Of a stretch of DNA of 64,000 nucleotides, positions 28,431 to 40,689 are shown one piece after another. The notes beneath the pieces are model-generated. The model saw nothing but the letters and a program-made list of their open reading frames with translations, ran no database searches and was not told the origin of the DNA. The position numbers and the translations under genes were made by a program. Each line of letters opens with the position of its first letter. The first letter of the stretch is position 1. This DNA is from Eledone cirrhosa (lineage: Eukaryota). Location of the stretch: assembly GCA_964016885.1 (NCBI GenBank), contig OZ024745.1, positions 99,572,001 to 99,636,000 of the forward strand, given 5' to 3'.

Positions 28431-28850
28431 CTGTAAAAAAGAGAAATATGAAAAAGATATTAAAATATTTGTAAAATTAAATAAATACAAATTGATATAT
28501 AGTAACAAGTTTCTTTAAATAACAAGAAATATAAAAAAGAAATTAAAATATTTGTAAAAATATATATATATAATATAAATATATATAACAAATATATATA
28601 GTAACAGATTTCTTTAAAAAATTTTCAACCAAAATAAAATAAAAATAAAATGAAACTCAATCTTATTATATATCATAAATATATAAGTGAAATTGCATTA
28701 GTCTTAATTGCATTCATATTCACATAATATTGTTTTGAAAATAAATTTGATTTATTTCAAAACTTGGCTCTAAGAATAGCCTTCCTAAAAGTTGCTTAAT
28801 ACTATTGGTCTCTTATCTGAACCCAATTTTAAAATGCCATATATATATAA

Positions 28851-29335
28851 CTAGCAACAGGACCCAGCATTGCATGGGGTAGGAAACATGAAATAGCAAC
28901 ATGCATATGCAAAGATTGAGGAATGTAGCTGTGTACTTTTTGAATTCCCTTATTCTCAGGGAATGATTGTTCATCTACTGGAAACAGAACACCAGCAGGC
29001 TGAATCCAGTAGTAGCGGTGTCAGTGGGCTGATTGCGGAAATCCTGTATGCGAAAAGAGTAAGTAAGTGTTGTGGGGCAATGTATGTCATAATTCTGTTC
29101 ACGAATTACGTCATGGATGGGGAACACACGTCAGTCTGAAGGAGCGATGTCTAAAAAATACGATTTTTCACCTAATGCTGACCCTAGAGCATAAAAAGTT
29201 AAATTGTTTTTAGCCCATTGCACTTCAAGAAGTATAAGTAACACGTGTGTAAAGTTTGAAAAAAAATCGGTCAGGTACTTTTCGAGTTTTAGCGATTTAC
29301 ACAGACAGACATCCTCTGTTTTATATATATAGAGA
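28851..29335 (-). mobile_element. Non-autonomous Helitron, ~485 bp, CpG-decayed hairpin
   Basis: A|TCTCTATATATATAAAACAG ... ACCCCATGCAATGCTGGGT ... CTAG|T; same terminal grammar as 43601-44359. Confidence 0.85.
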
Positions 29336-29368
29336 TATAATATATATAATATAATATGTATAATATAT

Positions 29369-29898
29369 AATTGTTTCTACTTTAGGCACAAGGCCAGCAA
29401 TTACCCAGTGCATTACTGGTACATTATTTTATCGACCCCGTAAGGATGAAAGGCAAAGTCAACCTCGGCGGAATTTGAACTCAGATCGTAAAGGGACGTA
29501 ACTATGCTGGAAAGCATGGCGTCCGACCCTCTACCGATACTGCCAATCCACCGCCCTGTATGTATAATATATAATATAACATATATATATATATATATAT
29601 ATGTATAATATATATAATATAACATATTTATATATATATATGTATGTATAATATATATAATATAATATGTATAATATATAATATAACATATTTATATATA
29701 TATATATAATATAATTGTTTCTACTTTAGGCACAAGGCCAGCATTACCCAGTGTATTACTGGTACATTATTTTATCGACCCCGTAAGGATGAAAGGCAAA
29801 GTCAACCTCGGCGGGATTTGAACTCAGATCGTAAAGGGACGTAACTATGCTGGAAAGCATGGCGTCCGACCCTCTACCGATACTGCCAATCCACCGCC
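29369..29898 (-). mobile_element. SINE family A, two near-identical copies separated by TA-rich repeats
   Basis: Copies at 29369-29556 and 29712-29898 share a private variant (ggtacattattt), suggesting local duplication. Confidence 0.9.
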
Positions 29899-29929
29899 AT
29901 ACATATATATATATATATATATAATATAA

Positions 29930-30286
29930 TGCCAACAACAACCCTGAGCACCATTTTTGGTTTCCATGTGTCTACAAAGTCAGAAAACAGCACAGCTCCC
30001 ATGACTTTCCGAAACATTTTTTCACGCTCAGAGTTGCTGAAGCATGGAACAAACTACCTGCATTAGTTGTTAGCTGTCGAGACACTGCACCCTTTAAAAC
30101 TTCCATGCTTCCTGAGATTCGCCAACACCATACATGATATCCCTCCTCCATACTCATGTACACATGAATATCATGACTCATACACTGTTCATTTTCCTGA
30201 CATTTGTACATTATTCTATGTACTCTGCACCTTTGATGAGTTGTAGTGCACCTGAGCACTGTACACAATAATTTCATTATTATTAT
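29930..30286 (+). mobile_element. CR1-like LINE 3' end
   Basis: Same family, (ATT)n tail. Confidence 0.85.
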
Positions 30287-30294
30287 TTTACACA

Positions 30295-30357
<63 letters not shown>

Positions 30358-30823
30358 GTGGAGGGATAGAGTCTACTGAATTGCTATTGAGATACAACTA
30401 ATCAGTAACTATGAGACATTGTATCTTTTATGCTCTCAATAAAAATAGACACTATGTATGGAGTTATATTTCTCAGAAATGTAGCCATTATTGGTATCAT
30501 CACTATTTTTGCTGTGTTAAAATAGAGATTTAACATTGGATAGCATCAAGATTAGCCATTTTATCCACATTCTGGAGAATAAAGCATTGAAAAGAAAGAT
30601 GATATGATAAAAATAGGTATTTGGCATCTCTGGGTGTCATAAGAAGCAACTAAAAGTGTTAGTGTGGAGAAGGACACCTTCTTGTAAAACATTGCCTCAA
30701 AAAGTCCTGTCCAAAATATGTCAGCATGGAAATGTCAATGTAAAAGCAAAGAGAGAAAGAAAGAGAGAGGAGGAGTGGGGAAGAGAGGAGGGGGGGGGGG
30801 GGGGGGGGGAGAAAGAGAGTTAA

Positions 30824-31013
30824 CCCTTTAGCATTTAAACCCACAGTATCCAGCCAGAATTCTCTCACCTCTTTCTGTTCAAACCAGCCGTACTGATGTT
30901 AATATATTTCTCAAAATAAATAATATCAAAATCTCGTACATGAGATTATGTGAGATATCATGTGAGATAAAGCTTTTACTATGAAATACAATAGTATATA
31001 TAGAGCTAAAGGG
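30824..31013. mobile_element. piggyBac-type MITE
   Basis: TTAA|CCCTTTAGC ... GCTAAAGGG|TTAA. Confidence 0.7.
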
Positions 31014-31789
31014 TTAAATATATTTTTGGAGTAAGAATACAATTCTCTGCAGTAAAAAATCAATGTCAATTTGTTTTTCATTCATGAAGTAATTATATTT
31101 CCAAAACATGTATTTACCAATATTATTTGACCCAATGAAGGAGCCTATGCCTGGTCACTTAATCTGCTAGAAATTGCAACCAAATCTCTCTCAAATGATT
31201 ATCTTTGAAAAAATGAAGGAACATATTGGATGATATGTTTTAAAATGTTGAATGGTCACACCTAGATCAACCATTAACTTATATAATGTTTGAGCAGACA
31301 TAAAATCAAAAGCATTCAAGCTATAATCATCCAATCTTTTCTTTCTAGAATAGTGTACCCTCGACTACATTATTCAATGTGTCCTGTTTTTAAGATAGCA
31401 AGTTGTGGTTTGAAGTAGATTTGGCTGTTATTTTTAGCATGTCAAGCAACCACACAGAGACTCATTTATTGTATATATTGTAATCAGCCCATGTTTAACC
31501 CTTTTGATACTAATCTGCTTAAGACTACTTCATATTTAGATTAATACTTATCAAACATAAATTTATGTAAGAACATACTTTTTAACTTATGTTTCAAATA
31601 CCAACTAAATAATGACAATTATTTTAAAAACGATTTAAAATACATGGGCATGGTAGGGTTAATGATTAATTCCTATAATTATTATTTATTTATTTATTCA
31701 ATTTAAACGTCCGCATAGAGCCAGTAAGTCATGACAGACTAGGGGAAGTATCAAGTACTCCTTACTGGTAATCAAAAAGAGTTAGTGAG

Positions 31790-32163
31790 ACATCATCATC
31801 CTCATTTTACATCTGCTTGCAAGGGTGGGACAGGAACTGATTCTGGTTTGATTTCTACAGCTGGATGCCCTTCTTAACACCAACCTCATTTACAGTGAGT
31901 GCTGGGTGCTTTTTTTCCGTGGCGCCTACACGTTCACTTTACAGTGTGGGCTTGGTGCTTTTTTGCCGTGGCACCTGCACGACCACTTTGTAGTGGAATG
32001 ATAGGGAACCCAGTCCTATCATCTCATTTCTACAGCTGAGTAAACTGGAGCAATGTGAAATAAAGTGTCTTGCTCAAGGAAACAACACATCACCCGATCT
32101 GAGTATTGAACGCACAACTTTTCGATTGCAAGGCGAATGCTCTAACCATTAAGCCATGTGCCT
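31790..32163 (-). mobile_element. SINE family B
   Basis: Reverse complement of the family. Confidence 0.9.
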
Positions 32164-32336
32164 TGATAAGACAAGTAATAAAAAATAAATAAAATTAAAA
32201 TTTCAAATATTCAAGGCCAACGGGAGGCAGATTATGCATAAGAGAAGGAAAATAGAAAACAAGGGAAGCTGTAAAACATCTAGAAGTTTCTGTTGAATCT
32301 TTTCGTAATGTCCATTGATGAAAATTAAGAACCGTA

Positions 32337-32520
32337 CTAGGGGGTGCTGAAAAGTTCCTGACTTTGGATAAAAGAAAATACAGGAGGGTCAGTTAATTAT
32401 GATTTTATTCAACATATTCCCATCTTAGATTCACGCACTTATTGCAACTGTCCTACCTCCCCTGTAAAGGTAACAGCTCTACCCTTTCCCAATACCCTTA
32501 AAGCCAGGAACTTTTCAGCG
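32337..32520. mobile_element. Mariner-type MITE with truncated right TIR
   Basis: TA|CTAGGGGGTGCTGAAAAGTTCCTGACTTT ... AAAGCCAGGAACTTTTCAGC inverted termini. Confidence 0.7.
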
Positions 32521-32700
32521 ATATGACCCAGGATGGAGCCCTGAGGAACAACTGCAATAACGTAGAAAGATCTAGAAAATTGGTCATTCAAAACAACCTT
32601 CAGTTCGCGATTTTATTAGAATGACTCAATCAGTAGGAAAGTCCACCCAGATTTTGTTTATATTTAGTAGACCAATTAAATTTATTGATCTCTTCTCAAC
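32521..32700 (-). mobile_element. LINE reverse transcriptase fragment (CR1/L2/Jockey-like)
   Basis: Minus-strand peptide RELKVVLNDQFSRSFYVIAVVPQGSILG matches the GVPQGSxLGP RT motif. Confidence 0.7.
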
Positions 32701-33017
32701 TATACAAACAATTATTGATCTCATTATTGAATAGTACTAAAGTAGAAATAATTATATAAAAAGTAGAAACAATTATTGAATAGTACTAAACAGACATCTC
32801 TGTTAACCCTTTTGATACCAAACTGCCTGAAAGCACCTCTGGTTCTACAATACAAAACTGTTTATTTCATATTTATCTAAAAAAAAATCTTCCATCAACC
32901 TTTGTTAAGTTGTGTTCAAACTTCAGCTTAATAATGAGAAAGTTGTACTGTATCACTAAATCCCTTCAAATTTTTATTTTCAAAATTTGACGCTCATAGT
33001 TATTGAAACAAACTACC

Positions 33018-33242
33018 TACATCAGTTGTAAGATGTCGGGACACTACATCTTTCAAAACTTCCATGCTTCCCGAGATTCACCAACACTACACTTGATATT
33101 CTCCCTCCATACACATGCATACAAGTGTGTTTGTGTTTATCATGACTCATACACTTCACTTTCCTGACATTTGTACATTATTCTATGTATTATACATGCA
33201 CCCTTGATGAGTTGTAGTGCACCTGAGCACTGTACACAATTT
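33018..33242 (+). mobile_element. CR1-like LINE 3' end
   Basis: Same family. Confidence 0.75.
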
Positions 33243-33282
33243 CCAACCCACACTATAAAGTGGTTCCCCTGGAGACTCAAAA

Positions 33283-33904
33283 GCACCCAGTCCACACTAT
33301 AAACTATAGGTTTCACGACAAAAAGCGCCCAGTCCACTGTAAAGTGGTCATGTAGGTGTCACTACTATAAGCACCCAGTCCACTGTAAAGTGATCATATA
33401 GGTGTCACTACTATAAGCATCCGGTCCACTGTAAAGTGGTCATATAGGTGTCACTACTATAAGCACCCAGTCCACTGTAAAGTGATCATGTAGGTGTCAC
33501 TACTATAAGCACCCAGTCCACTGTAAAGTGGTCATATAGGTGTCACTACTATAAGCACCCAGTCCACTGTAAAGTGATCATGTAGGTGTCACTACTATAA
33601 GCACCCAGTCCACTGTAAAGTGGTCATGTAGATGTCACTACTATAAGCACCCAGTCCACTGTAAAGTGATCATGTTGGCGACATGACAAAAAGTGCCTAG
33701 CCCACACTGTAAAGTACTCATGTAGGTGTCACGACAAAAAGCACCCAGCAGACTCTGTAAATGTGGTTGGCATTAGCAAGTGCATCCAGCTGTAGAAACC
33801 AAGCCAAAATCAGTTCTCTGTGAGCAACATACGGTCCTCCGACCCGATCTCTGACAAAGGGACAGCCCATCTTACCCATGCTAGCATAGAAATGCACGTT
33901 AAGC

Positions 33905-33936
<32 letters not shown>
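33283..33936 (+). repeat. 46-bp minisatellite (~10 units) inside an RTE-tailed repeat
   Basis: Unit GCACCCAGTCCACTGTAAAGTGRTCATRTAGGTGTCACTACTATAA at 33371, 33417, 33463, 33509, 33555, 33601 and 33647; ends with GTTAAGCGATGATGATG. Confidence 0.9.
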
Positions 33937-33937
<1 letters not shown>

Positions 33938-34293
33938 GCAGTGTCTTTCATTAGATGGAAACAAAAGAATGTATGGTGGTAAAATTCAAAGATGCTACCC
34001 AAATTTTACACTTTGTCAAATCTCAAACTTTTAACAGAATGTGATTTAGCAAGCATCACTAACTGTAAACTTATCTGACAGAATATGTCTGGTATGTAAC
34101 TGCTAAACAAAAGAACTATTGGTTCTTATAACTAAGATAATTCCAATTATAACAAAAGCTTTTTTTCTTTTCTAAAAAAAAAAAAAAAAAAATTGAGGGC
34201 AGAGAATGATTTAAAAACAAAAAATGCTCAATTTTATCTGAACAGTTGTAGGCAAAATAGGCTGTTTGAAATAAAAGACCATGTAACTATTAA

Positions 34294-34539
34294 CCCTTTC
34301 ATCACAATATTTCTAAAGAAAGACACTGCCTATGATTTAAAAATAATTTTGAAAATTATTAATTAAGAATTTGGAGGTGTTTAGTTCCATAACTAACTTT
34401 CTAATTATTATAAGCTGATGTTTGGAATACAACTTAGCAAATATTCTTACATAAAATTAGATAGAAGGATTTTAGATAAATATAAATACTTTAACATAGT
34501 TTTCTAGAGGTTGTTTCATATAGTTTGGCATCAAAAGTG
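34294..34539. mobile_element. Decayed piggyBac-type MITE (related copies near 31497-31662, 32803-33010 and 55345-55569)
   Basis: TTAA|CCCTTT start and AAAGTG|TTAA end; similar AT-rich bodies in the other copies. Confidence 0.5.
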
Positions 34540-34562
34540 TTAATGAAGTTTCACCACATATT

Positions 34563-34930
34563 GATAGTCTCTCTGAGAGGTTTGCGGTTGTGCCCTTAGC
34601 TGTGGAGACTTCTGGTGTCCTTGGCGCTCAGGCTATCTCCCTACTTACCACTATAGGCGCTGAGCCGGCCAGTTGCAGGTGTGAGCCTTGCGAGATGGAA
34701 TAGCTCTTCCAGTGCATCTCCCTTACCATCCTCCAGTGAAATGGCGTCTCCATTCTGTCTACCAGAACTGTGGGGCGGCCAGCACGTGGGACCCCATTTG
34801 CTCATAATACAGAGAGATAGGGAGGGTGAGAGAGATGGAGGCGATAACAGTGGGAATTTGGTTGTTCCGTGTTCGGACACATTTGTCAGACTGAAACAAT
34901 TGTACCATAATGGTCAATAAAATAAAGTAC
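34563..34930 (+). mobile_element. 3' end of a CRE-clade (restriction-like endonuclease) non-LTR retrotransposon
   Basis: The frame from 34563 reads RFAVVPLAVETSGVLGAQAISLLTTIG...E*LFQCISLTILQ*NGVSIL, matching the CRE C-terminal pattern FVPLAVETxG..LFQRISxAxxRGNA. It ends AATAAAATAAA, followed by poly(C). Confidence 0.75.
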
Positions 34931-37278
34931 CCCCCCCCCCCCCCCTATAAAAAAATAAAAGAAAGAAAGTTATACATTAGTAGTGGTTCATTGCATGTTT
35001 TTGATATTTCTTTAACTTTTTTTATACCAGCCAACTTGAAAATATCTCTAATTATATGATGCAAAACTATGCCTTTTAAAATGTTCCTATTTGAATTAAA
35101 ATCTTCCATCAAAAATAATTTATGTAAGAATCTTTTATTATAATATATTCCAGACACCATTTGATAATGAAAAAGTTAATTTACCAAATCCCACTAAATT
35201 ATTGATTATCTTCAAAATTAATTGAAGTAGATAAGCAGTGTATTTTATCAAAAATATTTTCATACAAAGGTTAAATCTATTGAGCTTGAAGACAAAATGA
35301 CCAGATATAATCTTCACACAAAAAACAATTAATAAGAACCAACCTCTAAAATATAGTGTTAAAAAAATGAAATGCCAAGATTGTAATCTTCATATGAGAA
35401 ATAGTTTAGTGACTGGTTAACAATGTTAAGAGAGTACAGGAATATGAATGGACCCTAGCTGTTTAGTAGAATTAGATGATAAAAAGTAGATTAAGGTTGA
35501 TAAATACAGTGTTGGAGTAGGGAAGGAATACTTTTACTTCACCTTTTCTGAAGAAAGGTCAATAAGGCACACAAATAAGTGGGATGGAGATATTTCTCAT
35601 CATATTTCAAATAAACACATGCTTGACAGTTTCTTTAAGAGTTGTTGAAGAAAGAATAGAAAACACTATTTCTGAGTCATTTTTATGTGTAGTTTTAACT
35701 TAACAGATGTCTTTCCTCACCATTTCTTTAAGATCATAAAAGGAGAAAATAAAAAAAAATGTAATAAGATAATTCCTAGCATTTTTTCTTTCACATTTCA
35801 TTGATATGAATATAAAATATTTCAGGATTGATTTCTATCAGAATAAGAATTAAGTTATGCTTAGTGGATAAAAGTGAAAATTTACATTTGATACATCAAA
35901 ATATATTAAAATAAATATGAAAGAAGAATCTAAGTAAGCACCCATAGAATTCTGTATCAACATAAACAATTTAAAGTTATTTCCTCCACTAAAGAAAGGG
36001 TAGGCCTTGCATGTGCCATGACATGGGATCCTTTTTGAGTCAATGTTTTACAATTGGATGCTCTTCTAAGCACCAACCTTTGGGTCAATTATATTTGTTC
36101 ATTGTTGCTAATGCAAAATAAGAATGTAAAGTTATAATATATATTTCAAATAATGTGGAAAGGAAGATTTAATTTCAAACAAAAGTAAATTAAGTTGAAT
36201 TAAAACATATTGGCATCAATATAGTTTAGTAGGTTTATTTGTTATGGTTAATGTTATATTCCAATAATTAATATTCCAACAAAGATTTAAAAAAAAACAA
36301 GTGGAATTTATCTCAAGTTAGCAATTATGAGGAAATTAACCAAATTATTTTAATATGGCATAACATTTTTTTTTAAATCTAAAAAGATGTTTGTTGAAAA
36401 ATTTCAGTAAATTTAATTACTGTTGGTCAAATAAGTGTAAAATGTATACAGGAACATTTAGTTGATAGATGAGTAGGTTCACAATTTAGTTAAGATACGG
36501 TTCTTATATTTTAAGCATGTCAAAACCTTATGGGTGGACGGTTACAAGAACAGTGTACACAAATTTTCCCAGTGTTTTCTTTTTTCTTTTCATTTCTTAT
36601 ACAAGTGTCATGGTAGTTGGAAATAAAAACAAGGGCAATTATTTTTCACATCACAAAAAAAAAAGGCTTTTCCTTATTTATTTTTAATACTGAGTTAGTG
36701 GTTCATAGAAAATATAAAGTTCATGGACAGTGACCTGACCCTTAGGTCAATCTGTGAGGAAGTACTTCAGTTTCCCTTCATATTTAATGCTTTGACTGAA
36801 GTCACTCAGGCATTTGTAAAAATGACAGGCTATGTCCCTTTATTTATTTAAAAAGCATGAGAGATTATGACCTGAGGGAAAAGACAGGAAAATGGCTCAT
36901 TGGTGCTGTAATAAGAGATTGAAAGTCGGAAAAGAGTTCAGCAGAAATTCAAGATCTCTGGGGAGAGACAGAGAAGTATTAATATTTGGATATTGTGACA
37001 CCATAGTGAATGAGGTAGGTAGGTATAGGAGACATTGATGGCCTCTGTAGATACACACCATAGCAATCTAAGGAATGAAAGGTCATGCTGAGAATAATAA
37101 TCATCATCATTATTTTTACATCCGCTTTTTCGCCATGTTTAAATATGTTGAATTGGTCTTCTCCAATACTTTTCCACCACTTGTTGTGGAACTTTCTCAT
37201 TTCTTTCATGGGTTTCAACAACTTGGGAGCAGTGAAACAGCACTTTATCTCATGTATTCCTCTTTGGAAAGGAGAGTT

Positions 37279-37620
37279 CATCATCATCATCATTTCATTT
37301 TACGTCCGCTTTTTCCCTGCTTGCAAGGGTGGGACGGGAACTGATTCTGGCTTGGTTTCTACAGCTGGATGCCTTTCCTAACACCAACCTCATTTACAGT
37401 GAGTGCTGGGGGTTTTTTGCCGTGGCACCTGCACGACCACTTTGTAGTGGAATGATATGGACCCCAGTCCCTATCATCTCATTTCTACAGCTGAGTAAAC
37501 TGGAGCAATGTGAAATAAAGTGTCTTGCTCAAGGAAACAACACATCACCCGGTTTGAGAATTGAACTCACAACCTTTCGATTGCAAGGTCAATGCTCTAA
37601 CCACTAAGCCATGTGCCTCC
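37279..37620 (-). mobile_element. SINE family B
   Basis: Reverse complement of the family. Confidence 0.9.
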
Positions 37621-37752
37621 AGTTAGATTTGGAAATGGAGGATTACATTGAATTCCTACATAAGTAAATAACATTGTACTGAGAGCTTGAGCATATGAGG
37701 GCATGTATATATATGTGAGTGTGTGTATGTAGAGAGAGAGAGAGAGAACAAC

Positions 37753-37846
37753 ATTTAATATAGAAATGGCTTTTACAGGACTAGAACCGTTTCATTTGAA
37801 GGAATGTATTGAGTACCTTACTTATTTCCGATTGAACCCGGGACTC
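37753..37846 (+). mobile_element. Second Penelope-like family: inverted pLTR piece fused directly to a tail piece
   Basis: 37753-37804 is the reverse complement of the hammerhead-side arm; 37805-37846 matches the tail (tgtattgagtacctt...gattgaacccggga). Flanked by (GA)n and CA/TA repeats. Confidence 0.6.
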
Positions 37847-37988
37847 ACACATATATATATTTCACAAAGATTGCATAACTGCCACAATGATTGCATAAGC
37901 ATCTGACAAAGTCACATGAACAACCATGTAACAGAAATATAAACAATTATGGTGATTTAATCCTGTCTTAACTAGCATTATTTGATAA

Positions 37989-38300
37989 AGGGCGGAGGAT
38001 TGGCAGTATCGGTGGAGGGTCGGACGCCATGCTTTCCAGCATAGTTACGTCCCTTTACGATCTGAGTTCAAATCCCACCGAGGTTGACTTTGCCTTTCAT
38101 CCTTACGGGGTCGATAAAATAAAGTACCAGTAATGCACTGGGTAATTGCTGGCCTTGTGCCTAACGTAGAAACAATTATTTGATAAATCTCTCCGACTTT
38201 GCCTTTCATCCTTACGGGGTCGATAAAATAAAGTACCAGTAATGCACTGGGTAATTGCTGGCCTTGTGCTTAAAGTAGAAACAATTATTTGATAAATCTC
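37989..38300 (+). mobile_element. SINE family A plus duplicated 3' half
   Basis: Full copy 37989-38180 with TSD-like ATTATTTGATAAA; 3' part repeated at 38195-38300. Confidence 0.9.
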
Positions 38301-38994
38301 TCTCTCTCGCTATATATAAATAAGAAAGAGAGAGAGTGGTGAGTGTGTATGTGCATATGTGCAAGCATATATATGTGTGTGTTATAATATTGTAGTATAT
38401 ATTTGCTAGTATAACTGCAGTGTTGTGTACTGTTTATTTTACTATGTATTATCCAACAGCAACTGCCATTTCAAAAACATTCAAGTAACCCTGCAGCTTG
38501 TTTGTTAACAGCCTCAGTAAGCTACATATTAACCAAGTTCTCAGCATACTGTAATAATAGTATAATTAATCTTAAAAAGACTTTGTATAACATGCTTACT
38601 GTTAGAGGAAATAAACAAATTACTAAGCTTTATCCCCAAAAGATGCCATGTTGTAATGCACTCATCATCATCACTGTTTTAACAGTTCTTGAAATGCACA
38701 TCCTTACAAGATTTCATTCTATTTGCAATCCCTAAAAATAGTAATGTTCTGTTACCTACCAAAAATAATACTAGCAGCCTGTTACTATATTCCTATATAC
38801 AATAGCAGCAGCAAGATAAGACCTCATAGCCAGGGCTGAGTCTCTTACTCTGCTGCTACATAAGACAATGCATAAATAAGTTTTTTTCATATATAACAAT
38901 CTTTCTTAACTGATTAGCAGGCTTGGTTAGATTATACTATACTGAAGAGGTCTAATAGACTGAAACAAGCCCGTAGTTGTTCTTTACTTGCATC

Positions 38995-39653
38995 GGCACA
39001 AGATTTGGGGGAAGAGTAAAGTCAGTTATATTAAATCAAGTACTTAACTGGTATTTTATTTTATGGACTTCAGAAGGATGAAAAGCAAAGTTGACCTCGA
39101 CAGAGTCTGAACTCAGAGTATTGTGTCTGATGTTCTAACAATACTACAAATCCACCACACTTTTACCTGTAAATAATTGTTTCTACTTTTGGCACAAGGC
39201 AAGCAATTACCCCAGTACATTACTGGTACTTTATTTTATCGACCCTCGTAGAGATGAAAGGCAAAGTTAACCTCAGCAGGATTTTAACTCAGACTGTAAA
39301 GGGTCGTAACTATGCTGCAAAGCATGGCATTCGACCCTCTACTGATACTTGTTTCTACTTTAGGCACAAGGCCAGCAATTACCCAGTGCATTACTGGTAC
39401 TTTATTTTATCGACCCCGTAAGGATGAAAGGCAAAGTCAACCTCGGCGGGATTTGAACTCAGATCGTAAAGGGACGTAACTATGCTTGAAAGCATGGCGT
39501 CCGACCCTCTACTGATACTGCCAATCCACCGCCCTACTGATACTGCCAATCGACCCTCTACTGATACTGCCAATCCACCCTCTACTGATACTGCCAATCC
39601 ACCGCCCTACTGATACTGCCAATCGACCCTCTACCGATACTGCCAATCCACCA
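38995..39653 (-). mobile_element. SINE family A cluster (three copies) with tandemly amplified 5' head
   Basis: Copies at ~38995-39160, 39175-39349 and 39349-39533, then repeats of CCCTCTACTGATACTGCCAATC to 39653. Confidence 0.85.
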
Positions 39654-39840
39654 GTGATGATGATTTTTTAAAAATACGACATATGCACAGTAGCTAGAGA
39701 GACAGGCAATCCCAAACAACATGTGGTACTGTCTGGACAGGGCCCCCCCCCCCCCCATTCACATGTTGGGCTCCATCAATGGAGATGATGGGCTGTCCTG
39801 GCATGTGTTGTGCAGATCTGATTAAAGGACACCCATTGCT

Positions 39841-40385
39841 TGATGATGATGGTGGTGGTGATGATGATGGTGATAGTGGTGGTAGTGATGATGGTGATAG
39901 TGATGATGATGATAATGGCGATGGTGATGATGGTGGTGATGGTGATGATGGTGGGAATGGTGATGATGGTGGGAATGGTGATGATGGTGGGAATGGTGAT
40001 GATGGTGGGAATGGTGATGATGGTGGGAATGGTGATGATGATGATGGTGGTAGTGATGATGATGGTGGTGATGATAATGGCGATGGTGATGGTGATGATG
40101 GTGGGAATGGTGATGGTAGTGATGGTGGGAATGGTGATGGTAGTGATGGTGGGAATGGCGATGGTGATGATGGTGGGAATGGTGATAGTGGTGATGGTGG
40201 GAATGGTGATGATGGTGATAATGGTGATGGTGATGATGGTGGGAATGGTGATGGTGGTGATGGTGGGAATGATGGGAATGGTGATGATGGTGATGATGGT
40301 GATAATGGCAATGGTGATGGTGATGATGGTGGGAATGGTGATGGTGGTGATGGTGGGAATGGTGATGATGGTGATGATGGTGATA
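39841..40385. repeat. (GAT/GGT)n trinucleotide-derived repeat with 18-bp unit GATGGTGGGAATGGTGAT
   Basis: Seen directly. Confidence 0.95.
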
Positions 40386-40689
40386 GAACCACAGGAAACA
40401 GAAGCCTAGAATGACAAAGATCTATGGAAAGATCTATGTTAGGAATTACTAAAAGACAAAACTTTTCAATGGATAAGAGAGAAAACAAAAGTAGAAGACA
40501 TAAAAGAAGAGAAAATGGAAGTAGGAAGGGGGACTATGGTTTGAACAAATGATAACAAATGGACACAGCTTACTGCACAGAATGAAGATTGAAAGGGACA
40601 GGTTCACAGTCATGGGAGACAGGGGCGAAGATGGGGGTATGAGAATAATGAGTAGCACCAGCCTAAGAAGGCCTTCCCTTTGTAGAGAG

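Noticed and set aside
28431-28508. N-terminal 26 aa of the 544-aa ORF
   Set aside because: Intron read-through upstream of the acceptor; it is the polypyrimidine tract.
33283-33760. CRISPR-like regular repeats (also 61858-62198 and 39505-39653)
   Set aside because: Head-to-tail units without unique spacers, no cas genes, eukaryotic context.
38821-38870. Possible upstream CHSY1 exon end (...GYE|GT on the minus strand)
   Set aside because: The preceding residues SKRLSP do not match the expected CxWSYE.
39779-40414. Gly/Asp/Asn-rich ORF resembling acidic biomineral proteins
   Set aside because: Trinucleotide-derived repeat open in several frames, with no signal peptide or splice evidence.
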